From Anthoceros angustus (Eukaryota > Plantae > Anthocerotophyta): a stretch of 64,000 bases of DNA. The notes below the pieces were generated by a model. That model had not been told where the DNA came from and did no database searches. It saw only the letters and a program-made list of their open reading frames with translations. The stretch spans positions 248,001 through 312,000 of the forward strand of contig VJWM01000178.1 of the NCBI GenBank assembly GCA_010909165.1. The letters are read 5' to 3'. This document shows, one piece after another, positions 47,201-59,784 of this stretch; the first letter of the stretch is position 1; each line of letters begins with the position of its first letter. Both the position numbers and the translations under genes were made by a program.

Positions 47201-50200
47201 AAATTGCAATATGCTCCAGTGGAGTCCCCAATCTCTCCTTCCATGCTCTTCATTACACCTCTATAGACAACTATTTGTTTATGTTGCCTACATCAGAATT
47301 GCAATATGACTATATCATGGAGCCCCCTCTCTTTCCTCCCACCCTCTCTCATTCCTCTCACCTTACCCTCTCCATTACACCCCCATTATTAGTTTATGTT
47401 GCCCACACCAGAATTACAACATCAGTGTAACATGGAACTGCAACTCTCACTCTCAACTCTCACCTCTCCCCCTTTGTTTTTGGGTGGATGGGTTTTTTCC
47501 ATCTCTTTTTTCTAATAAAGTCTTCTTTTCCACTCTCACCTCTCACCACAACCTCATAACTACACCATTTTTGGCTTCATTATATTTATGCCTCAAGTAT
47601 GTGTTCGATTCTTTGTAAAAGTTGTTTCATTCTTTAACAAGTTTAACGAGATGGCATTTTCACAAACACGGATATCTTGGAAGTTAGTGTTAGTGATGAT
47701 TATGCTTGCTATTGGGATTTGGAAAGATGACGCGATTGCGCGTAACATGGATGACCTATATTGACAAAGATTATTGTAATGAGGCAATTATCATGACCTT
47801 TGCAAAGGAGAAGGACGGATTATGAGAGCCACCCTTTCAACCCTAGCGCCACATGCATTCTACATGGCTCGGGACCAAATGAATTTGTGATGTGATGAAG
47901 CATTCATACTTTTCTCACGTGTGGCAAATTGCGTTATAGCACGTGTGGGAGGCGTACATCTCAAAATGTTATAATTATCATGCATTCTATCCCTGGTCTC
48001 TAACATAACTTAACCCTTGGTCTTACCCAGGTACTCCAACATAACTTCTACCCCCTTAGTCTTACCCAGATACTCCAACTTCTAACCCTTGGTCTTACCC
48101 AGATACTCCAACTTCTAACCCTTGGTCTTACCCAAACACTCCAACATAACTTCTACCCCTTGCTCCTAACCAAGTACTCCTAAACGTATTTCATTATATT
48201 ATATTATATAATTAATAACGTAATATATTTTATTCTTATTACATATTATATTAAGGTATAAATTACCTTTCAATCATTCCACCAATGCTACACATTTAGA
48301 TTGAGCACCTCAATACTCACCACGTTGCCATCATTCTACCCCTTTGGTCTCTACCATAACTTTTAATCCTTGGTCTTACCCAGGATACTCCAACTTCTAA
48401 CCCTTGGTCTTACCAGTACTCCTAAACATGGTTAGAAATACAACTCCTTCTCTCCTCACCTCTATGTCCAAGCTCCCAAATGTGAATTCTTGCAAGAACG
48501 CCTAGAGTATTTAGGGCAATGTTATACGCTTATAATATAATATGTATCAATAATTTCATATAATATTATTAATAATTACAAATTATATAAAGGTATAAAT
48601 TACTTATCAATTACGTTATATTAAGGTATGAATTATTTATCAATCAGGCCATCAATGCTGGATGTTAAAATTTACCATCAATACTAACCGTTCAATTTTA
48701 GCACGCATCAATACTCACCGGGAGCGGGAGGCGGGAAGCGTGGAGGAAGCTTTAGCACGCATCAATACTCACCGGGAGCGGGAGCACGAGAGGGAGCAAG
48801 AGAGGGAGCAAGAGGGAGAGCAAGAGAGGGAGCAAGAGGGAGAGCAAGAGAGGAAGCAAGAGAGGCCATGGAAAAGGGGAGCAAGAGAGAAGGAGCACAA
48901 GAGGGAGAGCAAGAGAGGGGAGCAAGAGAATGACAAAAGAGGGGAAAAGAGGGGTACATAATTGATAATTATAAAAATATGATAAATCAATAAAAATATT
49001 ATTAAGATCAAGATTCACAATGACAAATAAGAATGTTGTTAATTCACCTCAGTCCAATCTTAACTATCCAGCGGGATGTATGGTTTCACTGGGGACTGCA
49101 GTTCCTCTAGAACTGAACTATGCATGTCACCTCAACCCACTATGTCCCACATATGATCGTGTCCATGCCATGATTCGTTCAGTTTTCTTTGCCACGTGCC
49201 CAACTGTTGACCCATCTACTACAACTGAACCACGTCCGAACTGCCACTCCGGTAGTGTCGATTCTCTAGTCTGTGTGCTGTGTAGTAATCTTTTACTAGT
49301 CTTCATGAGTGTTGTGTAGTAACACACGGTTTCACGGTTCTCTATGCATATGCGATCCATATTAGATATAGTGTAACAAAGCTATGTACAACCATTATAT
49401 GCATTTATTAGCCAGAAAGGGCCAACCTCTTAAAAATGGTTAAATTAGGTTCGAAACCACGCATCTCTAAAGAGTTCTCCTCTAGGCAGCTCCTCTGTGC
49501 AAGTTGCACCCTTCTCTTCTCTCCAGGAGTTGTATGTCTGTAACCAGTCACGAGGCAGCTAGTGAATAGAGCATTCCCACCAATGGGTCACCACCTCCAA
49601 AAGCTCTTGCTAATTTTAGGAAAGATGTTGTATTGTCAGGGTTACACTTGACCTAGTGCAGAATGCAGTTTGAAGAAAATGTTGTTCTTTTAAGGGCTCG
49701 TCCAACCTTAGATTAATTGAAGTAAGCTTCCAACAAGTTTTCAACTCATTAACAATGGACTTTTTATGTAATATTGCTTAGGTATCTAAGTAACCTCAAC
49801 TTGCGAGGAAATCATCACACCGAGATAAAATATTTTTGAGAGGTCTATATATGGGCTTCTTGGCTTCATTATATTTATGCCTCAAGTATGTGTTCAGTAT
49901 TCTTTGTAAAAGTTGTTTCATTCTTTAACAAGTTTAACGAGATGGCATTTTCACAAACACGGATATCTTGGAAGTTAGTGTTAGTGATGATTATGCTGCT
50001 ATTGGGATTTGGAAAGATGACCGCGATTGCGCGTAACATGGATGACAGCTATATTGACAAAGATTATTGTAATGAGGCAATTATCATGACCTTTTGCAAA
50101 GGAGAAGGACGGAATTATGAGAGCCACCCTTTCGAACCCTGCTGCCACATGCATTCTACATGGCTCTGGGACCAAATGAATTTGTGATGTGATGAAGCAT

Positions 50201-53200
50201 TCATACTTTTCTCACGTGTGGCAAATTGCGTTATAGCACGTGTGGGAGGCGTACATCTCAAAATGTTATAATTATACTGTAATCTGCATTCTATCTTCGT
50301 TCAAATGCTCTTGATTTCCAACCATGGAACTCACACTAGGGCACCCAGCATGCCTAGGAAACTGGGATTGTAAATAGGGTGAGATGTGCCAAAGTGTCGT
50401 AATCTGAATTGTAATCCGCATCGTAAGATGCGGTGTAAATTGAATAAGACGGGGCACAGTGATATCTTTCACGAGTCTTTACGCCGTGTAGTAACACACG
50501 GTTGCATGTCTCTTGATATCTTTCTCTAGTCTCTGTATTATGCAGTAACACAGATCTCTCTGTTCTTTGAGGCATAGATTGTGTTTTTCCGCACAAATCA
50601 AACTTCGATTGCTTTTTCTTTTCTTTGGCCGTGGACTATTCCCTAAGCTTCTATGGTCTTCGCACCACCGCCAATCCGGGCCCTACTCGCCAATCCTGGG
50701 TTTTCACTTTCTCGAACGATGTCACTCAAGGAGAGGGGGAAGGGGAGGGGAGGCGGGAGGGGCAGGGAGTGGGAGGGGAGGGGAAGGGAAGAGGGAGCAA
50801 GAGGGGAGAGGAGGAGCGAGACGGGAGAGTGGGAGCGGGAGCACGAGAGGGGGAGCAAGAGAATGGGAGCAAGAATCTATGTAGAACCATTATATGCATC
50901 TACTAGCCACAAAGGGCCAACCTCCTAAAAATGGTTAAATTAGGTTCGACTTATAACCACACATCTCTTAAGAGTTCTCCTCTAGGCAACCCTATTAGGG
51001 TTTGATGTATCTTGGCCATGGGCATCATATAGACATATATATGGGCATCATATATAGCATCATATCATGGGAGAAATAGGGTTCAAAGGAAGCATTTCCA
51101 TTGACTCAAAGTAGAATAATGCCATCACAAGACATGTTTTCAAGAGCCAGCAATGGCCACCAACGTGGCTGGTGATATGAGCGACAGGCGAGGTTTCGTG
51201 ATTCCCAACGAGAATTACAAAACCTCTCCGCCTGGGTGCAAGTCACCGAGCACTATGGCATGGAAACATAGAGCCACAAAGCCACTGTTGCAATCATTCA
51301 AGCTCTTGGGAAGACGAGGATCGCTTCCAATGTAGCGCTCTAACAGGGCAAAGGTGGATCAGATGACGAACATGAAGAGGCATCCCGGTCATGATGCATC
51401 TGTCATGATCCACACCTGCAACAAGAGACTTGCTCCTCGATCTCCCACGACATCATACAGCTGATGCTGCCGCTTTTGATCGTGTTGTTCGTGGAGATGG
51501 GGCGATGCGGATGGAGGGCTACGCCGCCTGGCGCGAAGGTGGAGTACAACTGGTGAGTGTGATCGCAGGCTTGCTAGCTCATCTTCGCCGCCGCTTTGGG
51601 GTTGATGAGTAGCGGTTTCCTTGGATATGAAGATGAGCATTCTACGTCTGGAGGGCAACTGATGAACGCCCAACAACAAGAAGTTTTTGGCAGTTTGGCA
51701 CAAAGAGCCATAATTTTTATGTTTTGTAGCATTAAAATTGTGTTTTATCTATCTCCAAGCCCCGGTGGCCTCTACGGTAGATAAATTCAACCTTAAGATT
51801 ATCTAGGAATAATTTGGAGTACATGATTAGGTTTAGGATTTAATTAATCGATGAAGTTTTGAGAACTCGGTCGACACACATAGCTTCAAGCTTTTGGAAC
51901 TCAGTCGGCACACGAAGCTTCAAGCTTTAGCAAGATGTACATCACACATTGCTATAATTATCAGTAATCGCATTCTATCTTCGTTCAAATGCTCTTGATT
52001 TCCAACCATGGAACTCACACTAGGGCACCCAAGATGCCTAGGAAACTGGATTGTAAATAGGGTGAGATGTGCCAAAGTGTCGAATTGTAATCCAAATCAG
52101 ATGCGATGTAGAATTGAATAAGACGGGCATGGATATCTTTCACGAGTCTTACGCCGTAGTAACACACGGTTGCATGTCTCTTGATATCTTTTCTCTAGTC
52201 TCCTCAGACATGCGAATACGATCTCTGTTCTTTGAGGCATAGATTGTGTTTTTCCGCACAAATCAAACTTGATTGCTTTTTCTTTTCTTTGGCCGTGGAC
52301 TATTCCCTAAGCTTCTATGGTCTTCGCACCACCGCCAATCCGGGCCCTACTCGCCAATCACAGGTTTTCACTTTCTCGAACGATGTCACTCAAGGAGAGG
52401 GGAGGGGAGGGGAGGGGAGGGGAGGGGAGGGGAGGGGAGGGGAAGGGAAGAGGGGAGCAAGAGGGGAGCAAGAGGGGAGCAAGAGGGGAGGGGAGCGGGA
52501 GCACGAGAGGGGAGCAAGAGAATGGGAGCAAGAATCTATGTAGAACCATTATATGCATCTACTAGCCACAAAGGGCCAACCTCCTAAAAATGGTTAAATT
52601 AGGTTCGACTTATAACCACACATCTCTTAAGAGTTCTCCTCTAGGCAACCCTATTAGGGTTTGATGTATCTTGGCCATGGGCATCATATATAGCATCATA
52701 TATAGCATCATATATAGCATCATATCATGGGAGAAATAGGGTTCAAAGGAAGCATTTCCATTGACTCAAAGTAGAATAATGCCATCACAAGACATGTTTT
52801 CAAGAGCCAGCAATGGCCACCAACGTGGCTGGTGATATGAGCGACAGGCGAGGTTTCGTGATTCCCAACGAGAATTACAAAACCTCTCCGCCTGGGTGCA
52901 AGTCACTCGAGCACTATGGCAGCTGGAAACATAGAGCCACAAAGCCACGCCCTGTTGCAATCATTCAAGCTCTTGGGAAGACGAGGATCGCTTCCAATGT
53001 AGCGCTCTAACAGGGCAAAGGTGGATCAGATGACGAACATGAAGAGGCATCCCGGTCATGATGCATCTGTCATGATCCACACCTGCAACAAGAGACTTGC
53101 TCCTCGATCTCCCACGACATCATACAGCTGATGCTGCCGCTTTTGATCGTGTTGTTCGTGGAGATGGGGCGATGCGGATGGAGGGCTACGCCGTTCTGCA

Positions 53201-53645
53201 GCTCTGGCAGAAGGTGGAGTACAACCTGGTGAGTGTGATGCTGTGCACAGGCTTGCTAGCTCATCTTCGCCGCCGCCAGTTTGGGTTGATGAGTAGCCGG
53301 TTTCCTTGGATATGAAGATGAGCATTCTACGTCTGGAGGGCAACTGATGAACGCCCAACAACAAGAAGTTTTTGGCAGTTTGGCACAAAGAGCCATAATT
53401 TTTATGTTTTGTAGCATTAAAATTGTGTTTTATCTATCTCCAAGCCCCGGTGGCCTCTACGGTAGATAAATTCAACCTTAAGATTTATCTAGGAATAATT
53501 TGGAGTACATGATTAGGTTTAGGATTTAATTAATCGATGAAGTTTTGAGAACTCCAGGTCAGCACACATAGCTTCAAGCTTTTTGGAAACTCCAGGTCAG
53601 CACACGAGCTTCAAGCTTTAGCAAGATGTACATCACACATTGCTA
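44257..53645. repeat. AT-rich scrambled duplication array a-b-c-a'-c'-b'-c''-d-d' (possibly amplified LTR or other TE-derived sequence)
   Basis: a 44262-44795 = 47043-47578; b 44821-46645 = 47979-49861; c 46646-47051 = 47573-47978 = 49862-50275; d 50267-51952 = 51953-53645. Contains a CCCTTGGTCTTACCCAG.TACTCCAAC minisatellite and GAGCAAGAGAGG-type purine tracts. Confidence 0.95.
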
Positions 53646-54201
53646 AATGATCCACATCATTGCTAGATATTCCTCTTAAAGTATTCGTTCCCTTTATTTT
53701 CAAAGAGAAATAGTGGGATGGAAACATTCTAGCTAAACTATTTTGGTTTCCTACCCAAGCTCTAAGTAAGAATTAAGAATTGTTTTTTTACAGTAATAAT
53801 ACATTACCTTGACTAACCTTTTATGTTATTAATACAATACTAATCAGGTTTCAAGAACGAAATCTACCAATTTTGATTACTATATTATAACATTTTTATT
53901 AAATGATCATGTGATATCTTTATATTGTGCAGGGAACTTAACTTCAACAAATAGGAGATTTGTGTTTCTGTATAGTGATTTTCACATATTTTGGGATATA
54001 ATTTAGTATTAGGTTCTCAATATAGAATATTGTTGTGGATTAGAAGATCTCATGAATTAATTAGCTTACTATATTTTAGTTCATAAAATTAATGGTTTTT
54101 GTTGTCAATATGCATCATGATTATGGAAAAATAAAGAACAAGTTTAAACAAAAAAAGCATTTGCTTTACAAACATTTAGTATTTAGCTGTGTAAAGTTAT
54201 A

Positions 54202-57200
54202 ATGGCCATTCATTTCAAGTTCAAAAGTGCAATAGATTATGATAGTGTTAATATTGAAAATCAAGTAATATCGGTTGGCAACTTGAAGAAAAGGATAATT
54301 CAACGAAAAAAGCTGGATATATGCCCCAATTTAAACTTGATTATCAGCGATGCACATTCCAACCAAGGTTCTTGTAGCTCTACACATTATGTTTGTATTT
54401 ATCCAACTTATTATTTTGTAATTATCCAAACTCATTAGCAGCACAATCTTCGGATAAATATTTCTCTATACAAAAGAGTTCTTGTTCTGACTAGAAGTGA
54501 ATTCCCATGCTCCAACATGCTTCGCTTGCAGTATTTGAAGATGATGCACACATTCTTCCTAGAAATGCAAAAGTTATTATCAGACGAGTTCCTTGCTTAC
54601 AACCAAAGTTATCATGTGAAGCCCACCGAGAGTGAGCATTTCACAATCTAATTTTGGAACTAACCTTGATAGAGAAAAACTTTACTCTTTTGAATCATGT
54701 GGTCAAGGTTTTAAAGATTCTGCTCAACCTTACTTTGAATAATGTAGGATAGAGGCGCAATCTATGGAAGAAACAATCTTGACTTCATTAGTTCAAAGTG
54801 CATCTCACACTCAACTTACTTTATTTTCTGTGAGTTTAGCCTTTGTACTTATTCAATGGTACATACACTCATTCAATAGTTTAGAATATAAAATGAATCA
54901 ATAAATGATTACTTTTTCACTTCTTGTCATTTTCCTATAGAAACTAGAGATGGATACCGTGCATGAATTTGGAAGAGATTTACATAATGTTTGTACGGCA
55001 CTTTGCTCAACAATTGATAATGATGAGGACTTAAGGATAGCAACTATGGTGAAGCAAACTGCTGCAGATTGGCAGAGGTTATTTGAATTTCTTCAAGGAT
55101 TTAATATTTTCAAGAAATTTATTTTTATAATTATTTTTTAAAATTTAATGTTCTTGCTTCATTTTGCAGACAGATTGATGAAATAATCCAACAAGATCAA
55201 AATTATAATACTGGAGGATATACAAGATATCTAAAAGGTATAGTTTCTGGGATATTGAACCTATTTATCTAGGTGATATTTTCTTGACCTGAATACATAG
55301 CTCACGAATTGAGTAAAGGAAAGTTGTATTCTGATCTGAAGTGCAAAGGTATATTCAAACGAGTACGTTATACATTGAGCCCTAATTACCGAGTTAAACA
55401 GCAGCACGACGGTGACGTTCAGCTTGGAATTGTGTAGGTCGTGGATCTGTCAAGGGCGCTCCTCCGGGGGGCTATGTTTGTCATCGATGTGGTCAGCCAG
55501 GTATCATCCGGGAAAGTGTTTTCTTCGATACGGGGGGCGAATTAGGTCTGTCGCATAACGGGCGACCGTCTCGTCCTCGATGTAGGTCACTTCATTCAGC
55601 ACTGTCCAACGAATGGAGATCCCAAGTATGACTCTAGGAGAGCGAAAATTCCTGTAGGAATTCCAAAAACGAGGCTGAAAGCTGATCTGGACGGTTCTTA
55701 CATATTGCCAGATGGGTCAGCCGCTGTGATGGAGCCAGACGAGTGAGTTTGTTTGTACATATCTTGGCCTGCCGGGAACTGTCAGAGTGAGTCAGTCACT
55801 GCGGATGACTGGGTTCTGCTGGATGGGTTACTGTCAGGTTTGTGTTTGCGAAGGAAGCTGATGTTTTGCTTTCAAGAAGGCCAACGACAACGGAGCTACC
55901 ACCTGTGCTTCGTTGTCCGTTATGTGAGGCCATCCTTAGAGAGGCTGTGATGATACCATGTTGCCACCAGAGCTTCTGTGACCAATGTGAGCTATGTTCT
56001 TGCTGGTAGGGTAAGGTATGAGTTGTGAGGTCTGGTACAGGCTGGTGGCTGTGGTATGTGGCGTAATCTTTGTGGATACATCGGTTTTTGCAGGCATTAG
56101 GCAGCACCTGATTGCAAAAGGCGAGTGCTCTCGGTGCTTTTCGACGAAGTTCAGGAACGACGACCTACTTCCGAACGTAGCCTTGCGGCAAGCCATTGAT
56201 CGGTTCATCCAGATGACTTCCATTGTTGGTTATGATGCTTCTCACAAGCAGCACACGTTGCCTGGTATGTGTGTCAGAGATATTGGTCCTGTTGCTGCTT
56301 ATGGAGGTTGGAGCCTTTTCATAAGTGTTTAAAAGCATGTTTCTTGTTCAGACATGGAGCTGGCCCCACCAGCAAGGGCTACGCCAGCTGTGTCTCGTCT
56401 CCGAATTGAGCTGAGGAAGCCTGTTGTTAAAGTCACCGTGCCAGAAGCTCCTGCGAGCCCTCAAGCTTCGGGTCCTGAAAGCTCAGCACCCCCTGTCACT
56501 GAAGAACCAGTCAAGAAAGAAGATGCAGTCCCAGAATCTCCTTCAGAACCTGAGGCAGCAAGTTTGGAGAAAGCTGCTGCAGCAGAAATTGGCACTTCTC
56601 TTGCTGGAGCTGCACTGCTGCTGCCGGCCGTTGTGTCTGAAGTCAAACCTGAAAATAGTGATGCCCCAGCTAGCGAGGTTGACAGTGTAGCAGTTGCCCC
56701 TCCTGCGATGGAGAAGGATGTTTCGGGCTCTGTTAAAGAAGGCGGCAAGCTGCCTGCCATTGACGAGAGGGAGGGAGGCATGTTGCCTAATATGTCTGAG
56801 CCTCCCTCCCATAAGGAGGCGGAAGGCATAGCTGTGGAATCTGAGATTAGCAAAGGTGTGTTTCAAGCATCAAGGGTTGGAAACGACTTTCATACACATG
56901 TCTTCTTTAGGATAGGGATTAAGGTGTCCCGAGAGGTTGATATTGTGGGTGTTGTTCACATTGAGACATTTATTTGTTCGAAGCCCTACAACCTACACCT
57001 TTGCTTGATTTTGCAGCAGAGAAAGAAGACTGCATCTCCTTCTCTACTTTAGGCCTTCTTTCATGCTTTTACTGGTTGACTGGTTTGCTTGGGCTGCTTG
57101 AAACCGTGCATTACCATATAGCAGTTTTGTTAGGTGAATTGAGTTCCATTCTTCCTCCTTTGATTGTGGACGGTTCTGAATCTCTGCATTCCAGCTGAGA

Positions 57201-59784
57201 CTGAGGATCACATACAGTCAGGAAAAGATGCATGTTATGTTCACTTAGCATTCGTGATGCTTTCAAGATCGCATTTGCCATCAGCGTATATATAGCAGGT
57301 GAATTTCATAAGTATCTGGCCAAGCAGGAGAGACACTAATCCACTGACGGATAGAGATAGTTTTGAGTGTTTTTGACCATTGTCTGGCTGGATTATCTTC
57401 AGGCAAGAGAAAGAAGAAACGTGCCCGTCTGCTGACTACAGGTTGGCTCTATTTGGCCTTTATGTTACAGAAGCCTGCCTGGATGTCCTTATTCTTGGAA
57501 GGATACACCTGACCCCTGCAGCTTATCGCAACCGTAGCATTGATCTATTGAGATGTCATGGTGGACAGATGGAGCCATGGACAGTGTTGGCGGGAACAAG
57601 ATGCGAAAGGTTGGTTTGACTCTTCTAAATTTTCATTCTCCGTATCATGGGATGGGTCAATTTCTCTGTGTAATGGTTTTCTGTAACCTGGTTCTGGTCA
57701 TCTCACAGAGCGACCGGTTCTGCCATTTGTGTGGGTCCCCTGAGCACATCGCTCGAGAATGCCCCCATTGTGCTGGACCCTATCCACCACATCCTGGAAT
57801 GTTCCCTGCAGGTGAGCAACCTGTTTAGTATGTTTGAGCGTTAACACAAGTCAGGTTATGTTTGCATTGAAGAGTCTGAGAGTGGCGTTGTCCTCGTGCA
57901 GGTGGGCCTCTTCCACCTGCAGGGATTCCCCCCTATGGGCCTGATATGTATTGGCATGGAGCTCCTCTGCCACATCATGGGCGCCCTCTTCCAGTTAATT
58001 TTGTAGAAGGCATCTACGGCCCTAGTCCTTGCATAGTGCCCTTTGAGGGGCCTATGGTGGCGGGTGGCTCGTATGGTGTTCCACCGTTCATGCCTCCTGT
58101 GTATTGTGGCAGTCATGAGTAAGTGTGACCTCTCGTAATGATGCTGCTGTGCAGCCTTGTTTGTTCAATTCTGCAAGATGTGGTTTCTTAGGTTATCGTC
58201 ATTTGCAGTGGATTTCTGGGTGGGCCTCGTCCAATGCGCCCTATGGGAAGGCCTCTTACTCGGGAGGAGTTTATGGAGCTCCAAAAGCGAGAACGGGCTC
58301 GTCGTTTCATGCAGGATCAGCAAGAGAGGTAGGTCACTGGTGGACTAAGGGCTCACTGTAGCATCTTGTATAATTGTACCAAGTTTTGAAAATTAGTCGT
58401 GGCCCATTGAAGGCTCTCTTTGCCTTGTGCCATCCCTCGTATGACCCTTTAGTTCGTCAGTACCCTGTCTTCACTTGACCTACACCATGTGCGAATCCAT
58501 ATGACCTAGTCTCTTATTCTTGTGTGGATTGGTGGGTTCATGCAAGATGTCTTTGTTGTAATGTTTGTATGCCGTCATGTCAAGTTTCTCTATGCTTTAA
58601 GTTAAAGTGCTGTCCAGAAAATGAGGTATCCTGCGGTCCGTATGGATTATGCTTGCAGGGACTGGAGTCCAGGAAGGGTGTACTCAAGGGATGGAGCTGA
58701 GCGGCGTAAAGCATTGGATGCTGATCGCAGAAATCCGGTGTATCCGAGAAGGAGCCCAGAACGGCTACACTCAAGAGTTGGGAGTGAGCGGTCTAGGAAC
58801 TCTGATATTGAGAGCACTAATCCAAGGTTTCCAGTAAGGTGTGTCTCCGAGGCGAACCATGACAAAGTTGAGGGGGAACATGAGGCTGCTACACCCTCGG
58901 ATGAGACAGATGAGCAGAGGAGGAAATCTGGGAAGCTTAATTGGAAGCAATCTTCAGACAGGGTGATTGATGGGGGTGCAGCTAAGAACGGCAGTATCAC
59001 AGACGATGGTGGTTCATATTCCAATGATGATGATAGAGCTACTCGAAGATGCCCACTTGCAAAACAACAGCGGGGCAAGAAGTATAGCAAGAGCAGTGGG
59101 CAGGACCTAGGTGAAAGATTGGTCTCAGACTTGGATGAGTATGAGCAAACCACCAAACAGCATGAAAGGCGAAAGGCAAGGGATAAGGAGGGAGTGATGA
59201 AGGAGAGTAATGTCCACAGGAAACGCAGTGATGATGACCAAGATTGCCAAAGAGATTCGCAGTCAAGTCGGCACAGGTGCCGAAACATGTCGCCAGGTGA
59301 AGAGTTGAAGGTCTCACAAAGGGAGAAGGGTGTAATGCAGACTCACAGGCATGGTAAGGTGAAACATGAAGACCCTGATAGGAGGCATGCTGCTGACCGA
59401 AGGGAGGTAGAGGAGGACTTGACGAAGGATGGTGAGAGATCTCGGAGGAGAAAGCACCGAAGTCGTTCCAAAGCAGGAGAGACTGTAAGCAACGGGTCAG
59501 ATGCTGACATAGGGAAACGAAAGAGGAAACGTAGAAGACACCGTGGCAGTAGCGCAGACGAGGGTAAAAACAGTGAAAACGTCCACAGGCATGAGGTAGC
59601 AGATGCTTCAGAGAAGCATCGTAGACATAAGTCGAGGGATGTAGCTTCCCATAGCGTGCAAGAGGATGCTCGATGGCAACTGGACCACGAGCAGGATGGT
59701 GGTGACTGGAAAGTGGGTCACTCAGATCACTCCCGTCACAGACACCGCCGCCACCAACATAATAGCAAATCTAAACATGTCTAG
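54202..59784 (+). CDS. RBBP6: RBBP6/MPE1-like protein: DWNN domain, CCHC zinc knuckle, RING/U-box, low-complexity tail (multi-exon)
   Basis: MAIHFKFKSAIDYDSVNIE...ISVGNLK (DWNN); ILPRNAKVIIRRVP; PPGGYVCHRCGQPG/HFIQHCPTNGDPKYD; LRCPLCEAILREAVMIPCCHQSFCDQ/CIRQHLI...DDLLPNVALRQAIDRF; GKRKKKR; LTREEFMELQKRERARR; R/S/D/H-rich last exon ending at 59784. Some internal exon boundaries are tentative. Confidence 0.9.

Noticed and set aside
39060-50300. Repeats as a CRISPR array, rDNA or telomere tract
   Set aside because: The context is eukaryotic, there is no constant repeat with unique spacers, no rRNA motifs and no TTTAGGG runs.
44193-53388. Numerous 60-146 aa ORFs within the AT-rich array
   Set aside because: Frames differ between near-identical copies, so they are not conserved coding sequence.
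55921-55950. Apparent frameshift in the RBBP6 RING exon
   Set aside because: On re-reading, TTA TGT GAG GCC ATC CTT AGA GAG GCT GTG ATG is in frame (LCEAILREAVM); the ORF track simply shows another frame.
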